A stretch of DNA of 32,000 bases, taken from Pseudodesulfovibrio piezophilus C1TLV30. Lineage in GTDB: Bacteria; Desulfobacterota; Desulfovibrionia; Desulfovibrionales; Desulfovibrionaceae. A program made the position numbers and the translations under genes. Shown here one piece after another: positions 1 to 9,388 of the stretch. The stretch is from the NCBI RefSeq assembly GCF_000341895.1, contig NC_020409.1:510001-542000 (forward strand). The letters run 5' to 3'. The notes under the pieces are model-generated. The model did no database searches. It worked only from the letters and a program-made list of their open reading frames with translations, and was not told the origin of the DNA. The number at the start of each line of letters is the position of its first letter. The stretch's first letter is position 1.

Positions 1-1
1 C

Positions 2-121
2 CAACAGCTTGCTAAAATGTTGGATCTGCAAGAACAGACTGATGTCGAATACAATCCAGAATATGAGCGTGTAATTTTGCAGGAATTGCAATTTCGCACA
101 TGCTTTAAGGTTCAGTTCTAG
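2..121 (+). CDS. 3' end of an unidentified protein-coding gene (partial; continues upstream of the window)
   Basis: Frame 2 is open from the window edge to TAG at 119-121 (...QQLAKMLDLQEQTDVEYNPEYERVILQELQFRTCFKVQF*). A long terminator palindrome starts 6 nt downstream. No family can be recognised from 39 aa. Confidence 0.4.
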   Translation, partial: QQLAKMLDLQEQTDVEYNPEYERVILQELQFRTCFKVQF

Positions 122-126
122 CTGAT

Positions 127-197
127 CTTTCATAGACAACAAAAAAAATACCTCGACCTTTACCGGGTCGAGGTATTTTTTTTGTTGTCTATGAAAG
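127..197. terminator. Bidirectional rho-independent terminator embedded in a perfect 32-bp-arm inverted repeat
   Basis: Arms 127-158 ('ctttcatagacaacaaaaaaaatacctcgacc') and 166-197 are exact reverse complements, with a 7-nt loop at 159-165. The GC core stem 'tacctcgacc/ggtcgaggta' is flanked by A8 (141-148) and T8 (176-183). It lies between the convergent stop codons at 119-121 (+) and 200-202 (-). Confidence 0.85.
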
Positions 198-199
198 TT

Positions 200-1537
200 T
201 TATTTGACAGGTGGACGACCGATACTGAAGTAGGCGAATCCAGCCTGCCCCATGCGTTCTGGAAGGTAGAGATTTCGTCCATCAAAAACGATAGGAGCGT
301 TGAGCAAAGCCTTGATTCGATCAAGGTCCGGATTGCGAAATTGATTCCAGTCTGTGACAACAGCAAGGGCATCGGCTCCCTGCAAAACGTCATACTGACT
401 TTCGAGAATTTCAAGCCCTTCTATGTGTCCTATTTCTTCACGAGCCCGTTCATTTGCAACAGGGTCATAAGCCTTTACTTTCATGCCCAATGCGGTCAAA
501 TCTTTTATCACTTCCGTTGCAGAGGCTTCACGGATATCATCCGTATTAGCCTTGAAGGCGATACCCCAAAGAGCCAATGTGCGTCCTTGCACACCTCCCT
601 GTGGTTCAAAGTAGGCCTTCACTTTGTCAGCAAGGATATGTTTCTGATCATCATTCACTTCGTCTACAGAACGAATAAGCCGAGCATTGTAACCGTGGTC
701 ATTTGCAGTCCCTATCAGTGCTTTGACATCTTTTGGGAAGCATGAGCCACCATACCCCACACCGGGGTAGATAAAACTGTAACCGATCCGGCTATCCGAT
801 CCAATACCTGCGCGAACTTCAGTCACGTTTGCTCCAACGCGCTCACAAATATTGGCAACCTCATTGATGAACGAAATCTTGGTAGCGAGCATGCAGTTTG
901 CTGCATACTTGGTCATCTCGGCAGAACGCACGCCCATGACTATAAGCTTTTCCCTGCTACGGGCGAATGGCGAATATAAAGCACGTAAGACTTTGGCCGA
1001 CTCTTCATCTTCAGTACCAACAATGACCCTGTCCGGTTTCATAAAGTCATTGACCGCATCGCCCTCTTTTAGGAATTCAGGGTTGGAAACAACATCAAAA
1101 CTGATGTCTTCTCCTCGTTTGGCGAGTTCTCCTGCAATGATTTCTCGTACATGATCTGCAGTTCCAACAGGAACGGTCGACTTGTCCACCACAATTTTCG
1201 GCGACTTCATACTCTGTCCAACTTCGCGCGCGACAGCATCAACATATTTGAGATCGCAACGCCCATCCGCCCCGCAAGGGGTGCCGACCGTGATAAAAAC
1301 AACCTGTGACTGCTCAAGGCCATCCTTAAGATCTGTCGTAAAGTGAAGACGCCCTTCCTGAGTATTCCGTTTGACAAGTTCTTCCAGACCAGGTTCAAAA
1401 ATGTGAACTTTCCCCGCTTCCAGGGTTTCCACAACTTTTGGATTAACATCCACACAAATGATATTATTGCCCATTTCTGCAAAACAGGCAGCGGAGACGA
1501 GGCCCACATAACCAGTTCCGACAATGCATACGTTCAT
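200..1537 (-). CDS. ugd: UDP-glucose 6-dehydrogenase
   Basis: 445 aa. N-terminal Rossmann motif 'MNVCIVGTGYVGLVSAACFAEMG', catalytic region 'GGSCFPKDV', and full-length resemblance to the UDP-glucose/GDP-mannose dehydrogenase family. GGAG lies about 10 nt upstream of the ATG. Confidence 0.93.
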   Translation of the reverse strand: MNVCIVGTGYVGLVSAACFAEMGNNIICVDVNPKVVETLEAGKVHIFEPGLEELVKRNTQEGRLHFTTDLKDGLEQSQVVFITVGTPCGADGRCDLKYVDAVAREVGQSMKSPKIVVDKSTVPVGTADHVREIIAGELAKRGEDISFDVVSNPEFLKEGDAVNDFMKPDRVIVGTEDEESAKVLRALYSPFARSREKLIVMGVRSAEMTKYAANCMLATKISFINEVANICERVGANVTEVRAGIGSDSRIGYSFIYPGVGYGGSCFPKDVKALIGTANDHGYNARLIRSVDEVNDDQKHILADKVKAYFEPQGGVQGRTLALWGIAFKANTDDIREASATEVIKDLTALGMKVKAYDPVANERAREEIGHIEGLEILESQYDVLQGADALAVVTDWNQFRNPDLDRIKALLNAPIVFDGRNLYLPERMGQAGFAYFSIGRPPVK

Positions 1538-1730
1538 GAATATATAACTCCAACTAAAATGTGAATATCTCTACAAGACTCAGCCGATACCCCCTTGATG
1601 CTTGAGGTGTCAACTTCAAGGGCTTTTCAAAATATATTGTCACAAGACTGCCCTTGAGAGTTGCCAAGAACCATCAGAAGTCTTAATTACTTTGAAATCA
1701 ACATCATCCACGATCTCGGAGGAATAATAT

Positions 1731-2456
1731 ATGCCGGTACTTGCCGTAAATGTCGATCATGTCGCCACACTCAGACAAGCGAGAATGGGAATTGAACCAG
1801 AACCTGTCTCTGCTGCATACATTGCAGAGATTGCAGGTGCCACAGGCATAATAACACACCTAAGAGAAGATCGAAGACACATTCAAGATAGAGATGTGGA
1901 GTTGATTAAGCAAACATGCAATACTCGTCTGCACCTGGAAATGGCGGCGACTCAAGAGATGCAAACAATCGCCTTGGATATTCATCCTGAGTTTGTCTGT
2001 TTGGTTCCTGAGAAACGGGAAGAATTAACAACCGAAGGTGGCCTGAATTGTATAGGACGTGAAAAGTATCTTCAAGAGTACCTCCTCCCTCTTCATGAGA
2101 AAGAAATTCGCTCCAGCTTATTCATCGATGCCGAGCCAAAGCAGATTGAAGCAGCTAAAACTATCGGGACCGAATATATTGAGTTGCATACGGGTCACTA
2201 TGCGGATGCTAAATCAATCATCGAACGCCAAAAAGAATTTGACAAGCTTATCCAGGGAATCAAACTTGCTCAAAATATTGGACTTAAGGTCAATCTTGGA
2301 CATGGCCTCAATTATCGCAATATTTTACCATTCAAGGCCATTTCTGGGATTATGGAATACTCCATAGGTCATGCGATCATGGCTCGGGCAATATATGTGG
2401 GATTGGATCGTGCTGTCCGAGATATGGCAGAACTCATTCGAACCTTTGTTGTCTAG
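1731..2456 (+). CDS. pdxJ: Pyridoxine 5'-phosphate synthase
   Basis: 241 aa. Hallmark N-terminus '[15 protein letters not shown]', plus '...[10 protein letters not shown]...' and 'ELHTG.YA'. GGAGG Shine-Dalgarno at 1718-1722. Confidence 0.95.
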   Translation: MPVLAVNVDHVATLRQARMGIEPEPVSAAYIAEIAGATGIITHLREDRRHIQDRDVELIKQTCNTRLHLEMAATQEMQTIALDIHPEFVCLVPEKREELTTEGGLNCIGREKYLQEYLLPLHEKEIRSSLFIDAEPKQIEAAKTIGTEYIELHTGHYADAKSIIERQKEFDKLIQGIKLAQNIGLKVNLGHGLNYRNILPFKAISGIMEYSIGHAIMARAIYVGLDRAVRDMAELIRTFVV

Positions 2457-2468
2457 GCGGATAGAACG

Positions 2469-2840
2469 ATGATCAAGGGATTGGGGCTCGACCTATGTGA
2501 AATAAATCGTATTCAGCAGAATTGGGAACGATTCAAAAGCAGGTTTATTCAAAAAATTCTGACAGAAAAAGAAATTGAGCAACTTCCTCAAAATCCCGTT
2601 CCTCGATTGGCGGCACTCTTTGCTGGTAAGGAAGCGGCAGTAAAAGCTCTTGGCACTGGATTTTCCGGTGGGATACATTTTCATTGTATTGAAATCCTCC
2701 ATACTTCAAGTGGGAAACCTGAAATTTTCTTTCTCGGAAAAGGTCTTAAAAAATTCGCTGAAATTGGAGCAACATCCGCTCATATTACGCTCACTCATTC
2801 TCGAGACACAGCGGCAGCCACCGTAGTACTGGAAGGCTAG
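2469..2840 (+). CDS. acpS: Holo-[acyl-carrier-protein] synthase (4'-phosphopantetheinyl transferase)
   Basis: 123 aa. 'MIKGLGLDLCEINRI' and 'FAGKEAAVKALG' are typical AcpS motifs. It sits 12 nt after pdxJ, the classical pdxJ-acpS pairing. Confidence 0.9.
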   Translation: MIKGLGLDLCEINRIQQNWERFKSRFIQKILTEKEIEQLPQNPVPRLAALFAGKEAAVKALGTGFSGGIHFHCIEILHTSSGKPEIFFLGKGLKKFAEIGATSAHITLTHSRDTAAATVVLEG

Positions 2841-2860
2841 GACTCGAACCAAGGAAAACT

Positions 2861-4411
2861 ATGTTACAGCCCCTACCGACCCCAGATGAAATAGCAGTCT
2901 GGGAGAAAGAAACCATCTCTACAATTGGTATCCCAGGGCTCACTCTCATGGAATCTGCCAGCCGCCAGGTGGTCAGTATTCTTCTGGAAGAATACGGGCA
3001 GATTGATGGTGCCAATATATTCTGCTTTGCAGGAGCTGGGAACAATGCCGGTGATACGTTTGCTATTGCCAGACAGCTTCAGGATTTGGGAGGCAATGTT
3101 ATTGTTTTCCATTCAAAAAACAAAAAGCAATACCGAGGAGATACTCGAAAAAACCTTATATGGGCACACAAGTTAGATGTGCCCTTTCGGCACATCGGGT
3201 CATCTGATTTATCTCGATTCGGTCATCCTGATATTGTTATTGACGGTCTGCTCGGAACAGGGTTTCAAGGCCCACTGCGGAAAGATTTTTTAGAATTGGT
3301 ACAATTTATCAATATACAATCCCAACATGCCTATATCCTTTCAGTTGATCTTCCTTCCGGACTTAATGGTCTTACTGGACTCCCTGATCCCGAAGCAGTT
3401 CGGGCAACGTGTACAGTGACGTTTGAAGCTCCGAAGCTTGGGCTTGTTTTTCCTGAAGCCCAAAAGTACACAGGAAAAATTCACGTCTGTGGGATTGGTA
3501 TACCCAAAAGTATCCAACGCCTTTCTCCCCCTCGCCATTATCTCATTTCTCATGAGGCCATGGACAATATCCCGAAATCTTCTCCTGATATTCACAAAGG
3601 AAAAGCCGGACGCATACTCATAATCGGAGGCTCTCTGGGACTGACAGGAGCTCCCCATCTGGCTGCCATGGGAGCTCTGAGAAGTGGCGCTGGATTAGTG
3701 ACAATAGCCTGCCCTGGCGGTCTTATGAGCGAAATTAAGGCAGGCTCCCCGGACATAATGATATTTCCGCTTGGAAAGGGGGAGCATTGGACACCTGGCA
3801 TGGCGGAGACACTTCTTGAAAATCTTTCCGATTATGATGCTGTGGTTGTCGGCCCTGGTCTTGGACGTGCTCCCAAAACAGTTGATTTTCTCAAAGGTTT
3901 TATTGCACAGTGCACGGCGCAGACTGTTTTGGATGCAGATGCCCTCTTTGGTATATCGCATTTTCCTGAAATGCTGAAAGACCTGACAGATTCGATGATC
4001 CTGACTCCACACCCTGGAGAAATGGCGACATTAATGCATACATCCATTCAGCATATACAAAAGGATCGATTGGCCTGTTCTCGGCAATTTGTTGATCGAT
4101 CGAACGCTACTCTCGTGCTAAAAGGGGCAGGTACTTTGATTTCGAATACAACAATGACCTGTTTGAGTCCTTTTGCAGAACCAAACTTGGCGGTTGGAGG
4201 CTCAGGGGATGTTTTATCAGGAATCATCGCCTCTTTGGTGGCTCGCGATCTCAATCCTTTCACTGCGGCTTGCACTGCTGTGTATTGGCATGGTTTTACA
4301 GGACGATTGCTCAAAAACGAATTTCCCGCCAGAGGCAATCTGGCAACAGACATAGCAAATAGGCTGCCTCAGGCAGTAAAACAGCATACCAAGGAGTTTT
4401 CATCGTGCTGA
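2861..4411 (+). CDS. nnr: Bifunctional NAD(P)H-hydrate repair enzyme (NAD(P)HX epimerase / ADP-dependent dehydratase, YjeF family)
   Basis: 516 aa. N-terminal YjeF_N domain ('GAGNNAGDTFAIAR') and C-terminal carbohydrate-kinase-like domain ('HKGKAGRILIIGGS', 'GGSGDVLSGII'). AAGGA Shine-Dalgarno 5 nt upstream. Confidence 0.9.
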   Translation: MLQPLPTPDEIAVWEKETISTIGIPGLTLMESASRQVVSILLEEYGQIDGANIFCFAGAGNNAGDTFAIARQLQDLGGNVIVFHSKNKKQYRGDTRKNLIWAHKLDVPFRHIGSSDLSRFGHPDIVIDGLLGTGFQGPLRKDFLELVQFINIQSQHAYILSVDLPSGLNGLTGLPDPEAVRATCTVTFEAPKLGLVFPEAQKYTGKIHVCGIGIPKSIQRLSPPRHYLISHEAMDNIPKSSPDIHKGKAGRILIIGGSLGLTGAPHLAAMGALRSGAGLVTIACPGGLMSEIKAGSPDIMIFPLGKGEHWTPGMAETLLENLSDYDAVVVGPGLGRAPKTVDFLKGFIAQCTAQTVLDADALFGISHFPEMLKDLTDSMILTPHPGEMATLMHTSIQHIQKDRLACSRQFVDRSNATLVLKGAGTLISNTTMTCLSPFAEPNLAVGGSGDVLSGIIASLVARDLNPFTAACTAVYWHGFTGRLLKNEFPARGNLATDIANRLPQAVKQHTKEFSSC

Positions 4412-4854
4412 AGGCCAAAGATATAATGACCACAGAATGTATTACTCTGACACCTGATACGGATGTGGCGACTGCAGCCAGGACGTTGATTGAAAACAAG
4501 ATCAATGGAGCCCCTGTGATTGACAACGGACAAGTTGTTGGTGTTCTCTGTCAGGCCGACCTCGTCGCTCAACAGAAAAAGGTGACACTTCCTTCTTTCT
4601 TCACTCTTTTGGATGGAGTTTTTCCTCTTTCTTCACATGAGGAATTAGAGAGAGAAATGAAGAAGATCTCTGCTCTTACTGTTGGAGAAGCAATGACTCC
4701 CGCTCCAATTTTTATTTCTCCTGAAACAAAAATGGAAGATATCGCAACCATGATGGCCAATGAGAAACTGTACACTCTCCCGGTGTTGGATGACGATAAG
4801 CTTGTTGGCGTCGTAGGAAAGGAAGATGTTTTAAAGACTCTTTTACAAGGGTAG
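4405..4854 (+). CDS. CBS-domain pair protein (function unknown)
   Basis: 149 aa with two CBS-like repeats ('DIMTTECITLTPDTDV...NGAPVID' and 'EAMTPAPIFISPETK...YTLPVLDDDKLVGVVGKEDVL'). GTG start at 4405 is preceded by AAGGAG (4391-4396) and overlaps the nnr stop by 7 nt. Confidence 0.8.
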   Translation: MLKAKDIMTTECITLTPDTDVATAARTLIENKINGAPVIDNGQVVGVLCQADLVAQQKKVTLPSFFTLLDGVFPLSSHEELEREMKKISALTVGEAMTPAPIFISPETKMEDIATMMANEKLYTLPVLDDDKLVGVVGKEDVLKTLLQG

Positions 4855-4869
4855 AAGGATTTGGAGAAC

Positions 4870-5349
4870 GTGAAGCTCCATCTTCAAGATACGCAAGCAA
4901 CCCTTGCATTTGGTGTCAGTCTTGGAAAGGTCGTCAGCAAGGTAAACCCTTTCCCTGCAATACTTTTGCAGGGAAACCTTGGTTCTGGAAAGACCACACT
5001 TGTTCGAGGGTTAGTCGAATCATTGCATGGGGCCGAGTTGGCAGAAGTTTCAAGTCCAAGCTTCAATATTGTTAACCTCTACCCAACCGAACCACCAGTT
5101 GCTCATTTTGATCTCTATCGTCTGGAAGGTCTTCCTCCTGATGAAGCTCTTTTTGAGTATATGGATGATCCAGGTATACTGACTATCATTGAATGGGCTC
5201 AGTTTCTGGCCCCATCATTATGGCCGGATAACTCTATTTTTCTTGAATGGAGCCCCGCAGAGACTGGACGAAATGTCACAGTTCATGCCACTGGAAAGTC
5301 GTCACAGGAGGTAGTCACCTCTTTGTCGAATGAATTTAAACTCAAGTAA
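4870..5349 (+). CDS. tsaE: tRNA N6-threonylcarbamoyladenosine (t6A) biosynthesis ATPase TsaE
   Basis: P-loop 'LQGNLGSGKTTLVRGL' and 'HFDLYRL' are TsaE/YjeE hallmarks. The ORF track starts at TTG 4861. I prefer the in-frame GTG at 4870 because GAAGGA/GGAG (4855-4866) is placed as its Shine-Dalgarno. The start is uncertain by 3 codons. Confidence 0.85.
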   Translation: MKLHLQDTQATLAFGVSLGKVVSKVNPFPAILLQGNLGSGKTTLVRGLVESLHGAELAEVSSPSFNIVNLYPTEPPVAHFDLYRLEGLPPDEALFEYMDDPGILTIIEWAQFLAPSLWPDNSIFLEWSPAETGRNVTVHATGKSSQEVVTSLSNEFKLK

Positions 5350-5367
5350 GCAAAGCATAGAGCGAAA

Positions 5368-6603
5368 ATGAACATCGTCGTACAAAAATTCGGTGGAACC
5401 TCAGTTCGCAACCTTGAATGTCAACGCCAAGTGATGCAAAAGGTCCTGCGTCCTTATCGTGAGGGGAATAAAGTCATTGTTGTTCTTTCTGCTATGGCGG
5501 GAGAAACAAACAGACTTCTTGGATTAGCAAAAGAATGGTCAGATAATCCTGACCCCGCAGAATTGGACTCCATGGTCTCCACAGGTGAACAGGTATCCTG
5601 TGCTCTTTTTGCAATGCTTCTGAAGCAACAAGGAGTTAAAGCTCGTTCTGTTTTGGGGTTTCAGGCTCCCGTAGAAACGGACTGTGCTTTCGGTAAAGCT
5701 CGCATCGTCAATATTGATGAAAAAAAATTGGAATGTCTGCTAAATGAGCATGATGTTTTAGTCGTTGCCGGATTTCAAGGGTGTGATGAGCAGCTTAGAA
5801 TTACCACACTTGGTCGTGGTGGGTCAGACACCTCTGCTGTTGCCCTCGCTGCGGCCATAAAAGCTGATGTCTGTGAAATTTATACCGATGTTCCTGGTGT
5901 TTTCACAACTGATCCGAATATGTGCTCTGACGCTCGCAAGATTGACCGAATTGCTTATGATGAAATGTTGGAAATGGCGAGTATGGGAGCGAAAGTACTT
6001 CAGATACGTTCTGTTGAATTTGCCAAAAAATATAATGTAACCGTTCATGTCCGCTCAACTTTTTCAGATGAACTGGGCACTATAGTCACGCAGGAGGACG
6101 AAAGTATGGAATCCGTTCTTGTTTCAGGAATTGCATACGACAAGGATCAGGCCAGAATTACGCTTGTCAGCGTAACGGATACACCTGGGGTTTCCGCTCA
6201 GATTTTTTCACCGTTGGCCGATAAAAGAATTCTTGTCGATATGATCGTTCAGAATCCGAGCAAAGACGGTAAAACAGATATGACCTTTACGGTCCCTCGA
6301 GCTGATGTCGATCAAACAATCAGAACTCTTGAAGAACTTAAATATGAAATAGGTTTTGAAGAGCTCAACAGCAATCTCAATGTCTCGAAAGTCTCGATTA
6401 TTGGCGTCGGCATGCGTAACCACTCAGGAGTCGCTGCACGCGCATTCCAATCGCTTGCCGATGAGAATATCAATATCCTCATGATCAGCACATCTGAAAT
6501 CAAGGTGACATGTCTGATCGATGACAAATACACGGAATTAGCAGTCAGGACACTGCATAATGCCTTTCATTTAGATGGAGGCGAACCACTTGAGACATTA
6601 TGA
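5368..6603 (+). CDS. lysC: Aspartate kinase (monofunctional, with C-terminal ACT domains)
   Basis: 411 aa. 'MNIVVQKFGGTSV', 'LGRGGSDTSAVALAAA' and 'EIYTDVPGVFTTDP' are kinase-domain motifs. The C-terminal half has the ACT-repeat architecture. Confidence 0.93.
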   Translation: MNIVVQKFGGTSVRNLECQRQVMQKVLRPYREGNKVIVVLSAMAGETNRLLGLAKEWSDNPDPAELDSMVSTGEQVSCALFAMLLKQQGVKARSVLGFQAPVETDCAFGKARIVNIDEKKLECLLNEHDVLVVAGFQGCDEQLRITTLGRGGSDTSAVALAAAIKADVCEIYTDVPGVFTTDPNMCSDARKIDRIAYDEMLEMASMGAKVLQIRSVEFAKKYNVTVHVRSTFSDELGTIVTQEDESMESVLVSGIAYDKDQARITLVSVTDTPGVSAQIFSPLADKRILVDMIVQNPSKDGKTDMTFTVPRADVDQTIRTLEELKYEIGFEELNSNLNVSKVSIIGVGMRNHSGVAARAFQSLADENINILMISTSEIKVTCLIDDKYTELAVRTLHNAFHLDGGEPLETL

Positions 6604-8195
6604 AAAAAATAACGATATACGATACCACACTGCGTGATGGAGCCCAAGCTGAAGAACTGAACCTGACCACCGAAGACAAGATACGCATTGCGCATAAGTT
6701 AGATGAGCTTGGTATTCATTATATTGAAGCAGGTTGGCCCGGTTCCAATCCTACCGACAAAAAATTCTTTGACGAGATAAAGAAGCATACTTTTGAATTT
6801 GCGCGGCTTACTGCTTTTGGTTCCACTCATCTTGCAAAAAAAACACCTGCTCAAGATGCGAATTTGAATGCTCTTCTTGCGGCGGAAACTTCAGTTATTA
6901 CCATCTTTGGAAAGAGTTGGGATCTCCATGCAACGACTGCACTTGGCATTCCTCTTGAGAGAAATCTTGAACTGATTTCGAATAGTATTGATTATTTATG
7001 TCAACGTGTTGATGAAGTTATATTTGATGCAGAACATTTTTTTGATGGGTACAAAAACAATCCTGAATATGCGCTGAAAGCACTGAAGGCTGCCTATCAG
7101 GCCGGTGCCTCAAGACTCATTTTATGTGATACGAACGGCGGCACTCTGACACATGAGGTCGCGGCAACCATATCCGCTGTGCGAAAGGCGCTCCCCAATG
7201 CGAGTCTGGGAATTCATGCGCACAATGATTCAGAAATGGCGGTCGCCAATTCTATTGAAGCCGTCCGGCTCGGTGCATGCCAGGTTCAAGGAACAATCAA
7301 TGGATACGGAGAACGGTGTGGAAATGCCAATTTATGTTCTGTCATCCCGAATCTCGAACTTAAAATGGGCCTTGAAACAATTGGGCAAGGCAATCTAGAG
7401 CGTCTTACAAGCACATCTCACTATATTAGTGAAATTGCTAACTTACGTCCATTTATGCGACAACCTTTTGTTGGGGCATCCGCCTTTGCTCATAAGGGTG
7501 GGATTCATGTCTCCGCAATTCTCAAAGATGCCAAAACTTACGAACACATCATTCCTGAAACAGTTGGAAATGAACAACGAGTATTGCTTTCTGACCAAGC
7601 CGGTAAAAGTAATATTTTATTTAAAGCAAGAGAATTGGGGTATGAGCTTGGTAAAAATGATCCAACCGTGGACCTCCTTCTTAGAGAACTAAAGCAAAAA
7701 GAAAGCATGGGGTATGAATATTCTGTGGCAGATGCTTCCTTCGAATTGGTTTTGTTGGAAGCGCTTGGAACGCCTCTCAATTACTTTAGATTTCAGAATT
7801 TCTTCGTTGTTGATGCAAAAAGGGAAGAGGATGCAGAACCTTTTACCGAGGCAACTGTCATCGTCGACGTGAAAGGTCAGGTTGAGCATACAGCAGCAAC
7901 TGGTATGGGCCCTGTCAATGCGTTAGACCGTGCACTCCGGAAAGGTTTGGAACGATTTTATCCGAAACTTAGTGAAGTCAAATTGCTGGACTTTAAAGTT
8001 CGTGTTTTATCGGGTGCAGTCCGAGATACTGGCGGGACAGCTTCTTTTGTCCGCGTGCTTATTGAAACGGGAGATAAGCATGAACGATGGACAACAATGG
8101 GCGTCTCTCATAATATTATCGAAGCGAGTTGGCAGGCTGTCGTTGATTCCGTCAATTACAAACTTTTCAAAGATGACCTTCGGGACACCCTATAG
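6600..8195 (+). CDS. cimA: (R)-citramalate synthase (long CimA/LeuA-family form)
   Basis: 531 aa. 'IYDTTLRDGAQAEE' is an HMGL-like TIM-barrel N-terminus, followed by 'HAHNDSEMAVANS' and a LeuA-dimer-type C-terminal regulatory domain. The length and sequence resemble the about 530-aa CimA type more than LeuA. Discriminating CimA from 2-isopropylmalate synthase needs phylogeny. The ATG overlaps the lysC TGA (ATGA at 6600-6603). Confidence 0.8.
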   Translation: MKKITIYDTTLRDGAQAEELNLTTEDKIRIAHKLDELGIHYIEAGWPGSNPTDKKFFDEIKKHTFEFARLTAFGSTHLAKKTPAQDANLNALLAAETSVITIFGKSWDLHATTALGIPLERNLELISNSIDYLCQRVDEVIFDAEHFFDGYKNNPEYALKALKAAYQAGASRLILCDTNGGTLTHEVAATISAVRKALPNASLGIHAHNDSEMAVANSIEAVRLGACQVQGTINGYGERCGNANLCSVIPNLELKMGLETIGQGNLERLTSTSHYISEIANLRPFMRQPFVGASAFAHKGGIHVSAILKDAKTYEHIIPETVGNEQRVLLSDQAGKSNILFKARELGYELGKNDPTVDLLLRELKQKESMGYEYSVADASFELVLLEALGTPLNYFRFQNFFVVDAKREEDAEPFTEATVIVDVKGQVEHTAATGMGPVNALDRALRKGLERFYPKLSEVKLLDFKVRVLSGAVRDTGGTASFVRVLIETGDKHERWTTMGVSHNIIEASWQAVVDSVNYKLFKDDLRDTL

Positions 8196-8258
8196 AGTCT
8201 CTATTCTCATTGTTTTCTTGGGATCCCTATCGGATATGCATAGGTTCTGAGAAATTTA

Positions 8259-8290
8259 AAAGCCGCTCTATCTTCAGATAGAGCGGCTTT
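8259..8290. terminator. Bidirectional rho-independent terminator between cimA and gap
   Basis: 14-bp perfect stem 'aaagccgctctatc' (8259-8272) / 'gatagagcggcttt' (8277-8290) with loop 'ttca'. T-rich tails follow on both strands ('tttattct' on +, 'tttaaattt' on -). Confidence 0.85.
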
Positions 8291-8305
8291 ATTCTCGTCA
8301 AAGAT

Positions 8306-9289
8306 TTAAAGCATTCTGGCTGCCTGTTTTGTCAAACGCAGCAGTTGGTTGGTAAAGCCTGCTTCATTATCATACCAGACAATAAGCTTCAATTGCGTTC
8401 CACCCATTATGCGAGTCAGCGAGCTATCAACAACACCACCAAAAGTCGACCCCATAAAGTCGACCGAAACCAGAGGTTCAGTAGTATAGCCCATGGATTC
8501 ATTGGCAGCGGCTTTGAGAGAAGCATTAACTTCATCAACTGTCGTCGTTTGCTTCAACTCGCAAACAAGATCCACCAAGGAGACATTTGGCGTAGGAACC
8601 CGAATTGCCATGCCGTCAAGCACACCACTAAGCTCTGGAATAACCAACCCCACTGCTTTGGCCGCACCGGTCGTGGTCGGAACCATATTGACCGCACAAG
8701 CACGTGCGCGGCGCAAATCTTTGTGTGAGCCATCCAGAATACGTTGACTCATGGTGTAGGAATGGACCGTTGTCATAATTCCATGCTTGATGCCAAATTG
8801 GTCATTGATGACTTTGGCCACAGGAGCCAGGCAGTTTGTCGTGCAGGATGCATTGGATATAATATTATGTTCTGGAGCAAGAAGCTCATCGTTGACACCA
8901 ACGACAACAGTGATATCAGCATCTTTTCCAGGTGCACTGATCAAAACCTTTTTGGCACCACATGCCAAATGTTTTTCGCAACTTTCTCGGTCTGTAAATT
9001 TACCTGTAGATTCTACAACAATATCACAGCCCAACTCTCCCCAGATCCATTCACCAGGAGCCTTCCGAGTCACGGTAACCGCTTTCCCATTCATGAGAAA
9101 ACCATCATCGGTTGGTTCAACATCCAGGAATGATCCATGGACAGAATCATATTTCAAAAGATGTGCTAAATCTTCATTGGAAGCCCGCGCGTTGACTGCA
9201 ACCAATTCCAAATCCGCTTCATTTGCAATTAATCTTGCGAGATACCTTCCGATCCGACCAAAACCATTCAGGCCTATTTTAGTAGCCAT
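8306..9289 (-). CDS. gap: Type I glyceraldehyde-3-phosphate dehydrogenase
   Basis: 327 aa. 'KIGLNGFGRIGR' is the NAD-binding motif and 'SNASCTTNCLAPV' is the active-site motif. AGGAGG Shine-Dalgarno just upstream (reverse complement of 9298-9303). Confidence 0.95.
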   Translation of the reverse strand: MATKIGLNGFGRIGRYLARLIANEADLELVAVNARASNEDLAHLLKYDSVHGSFLDVEPTDDGFLMNGKAVTVTRKAPGEWIWGELGCDIVVESTGKFTDRESCEKHLACGAKKVLISAPGKDADITVVVGVNDELLAPEHNIISNASCTTNCLAPVAKVINDQFGIKHGIMTTVHSYTMSQRILDGSHKDLRRARACAVNMVPTTTGAAKAVGLVIPELSGVLDGMAIRVPTPNVSLVDLVCELKQTTTVDEVNASLKAAANESMGYTTEPLVSVDFMGSTFGGVVDSSLTRIMGGTQLKLIVWYDNEAGFTNQLLRLTKQAARML

Positions 9290-9388
9290 GTGAGTGTCCT
9301 CCTGGATGTGCTAAATATATTGCCCCAATACTTATTGTATATGGGACAAAAGAAAAAAACATTTCCATTATTTTAAAAATGACCGTAT

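Noticed and set aside
1538-1730. Promoter and operator motifs in the ugd/pdxJ divergent region: direct repeat 'acaagact' twice, hairpin 'cttgaggtgtcaacttcaag', and TTGACA on the minus strand.
   Set aside because: No acceptable -10 element lies at the right spacing from the TTGACA. The repeats are short (8 nt) and could be chance.
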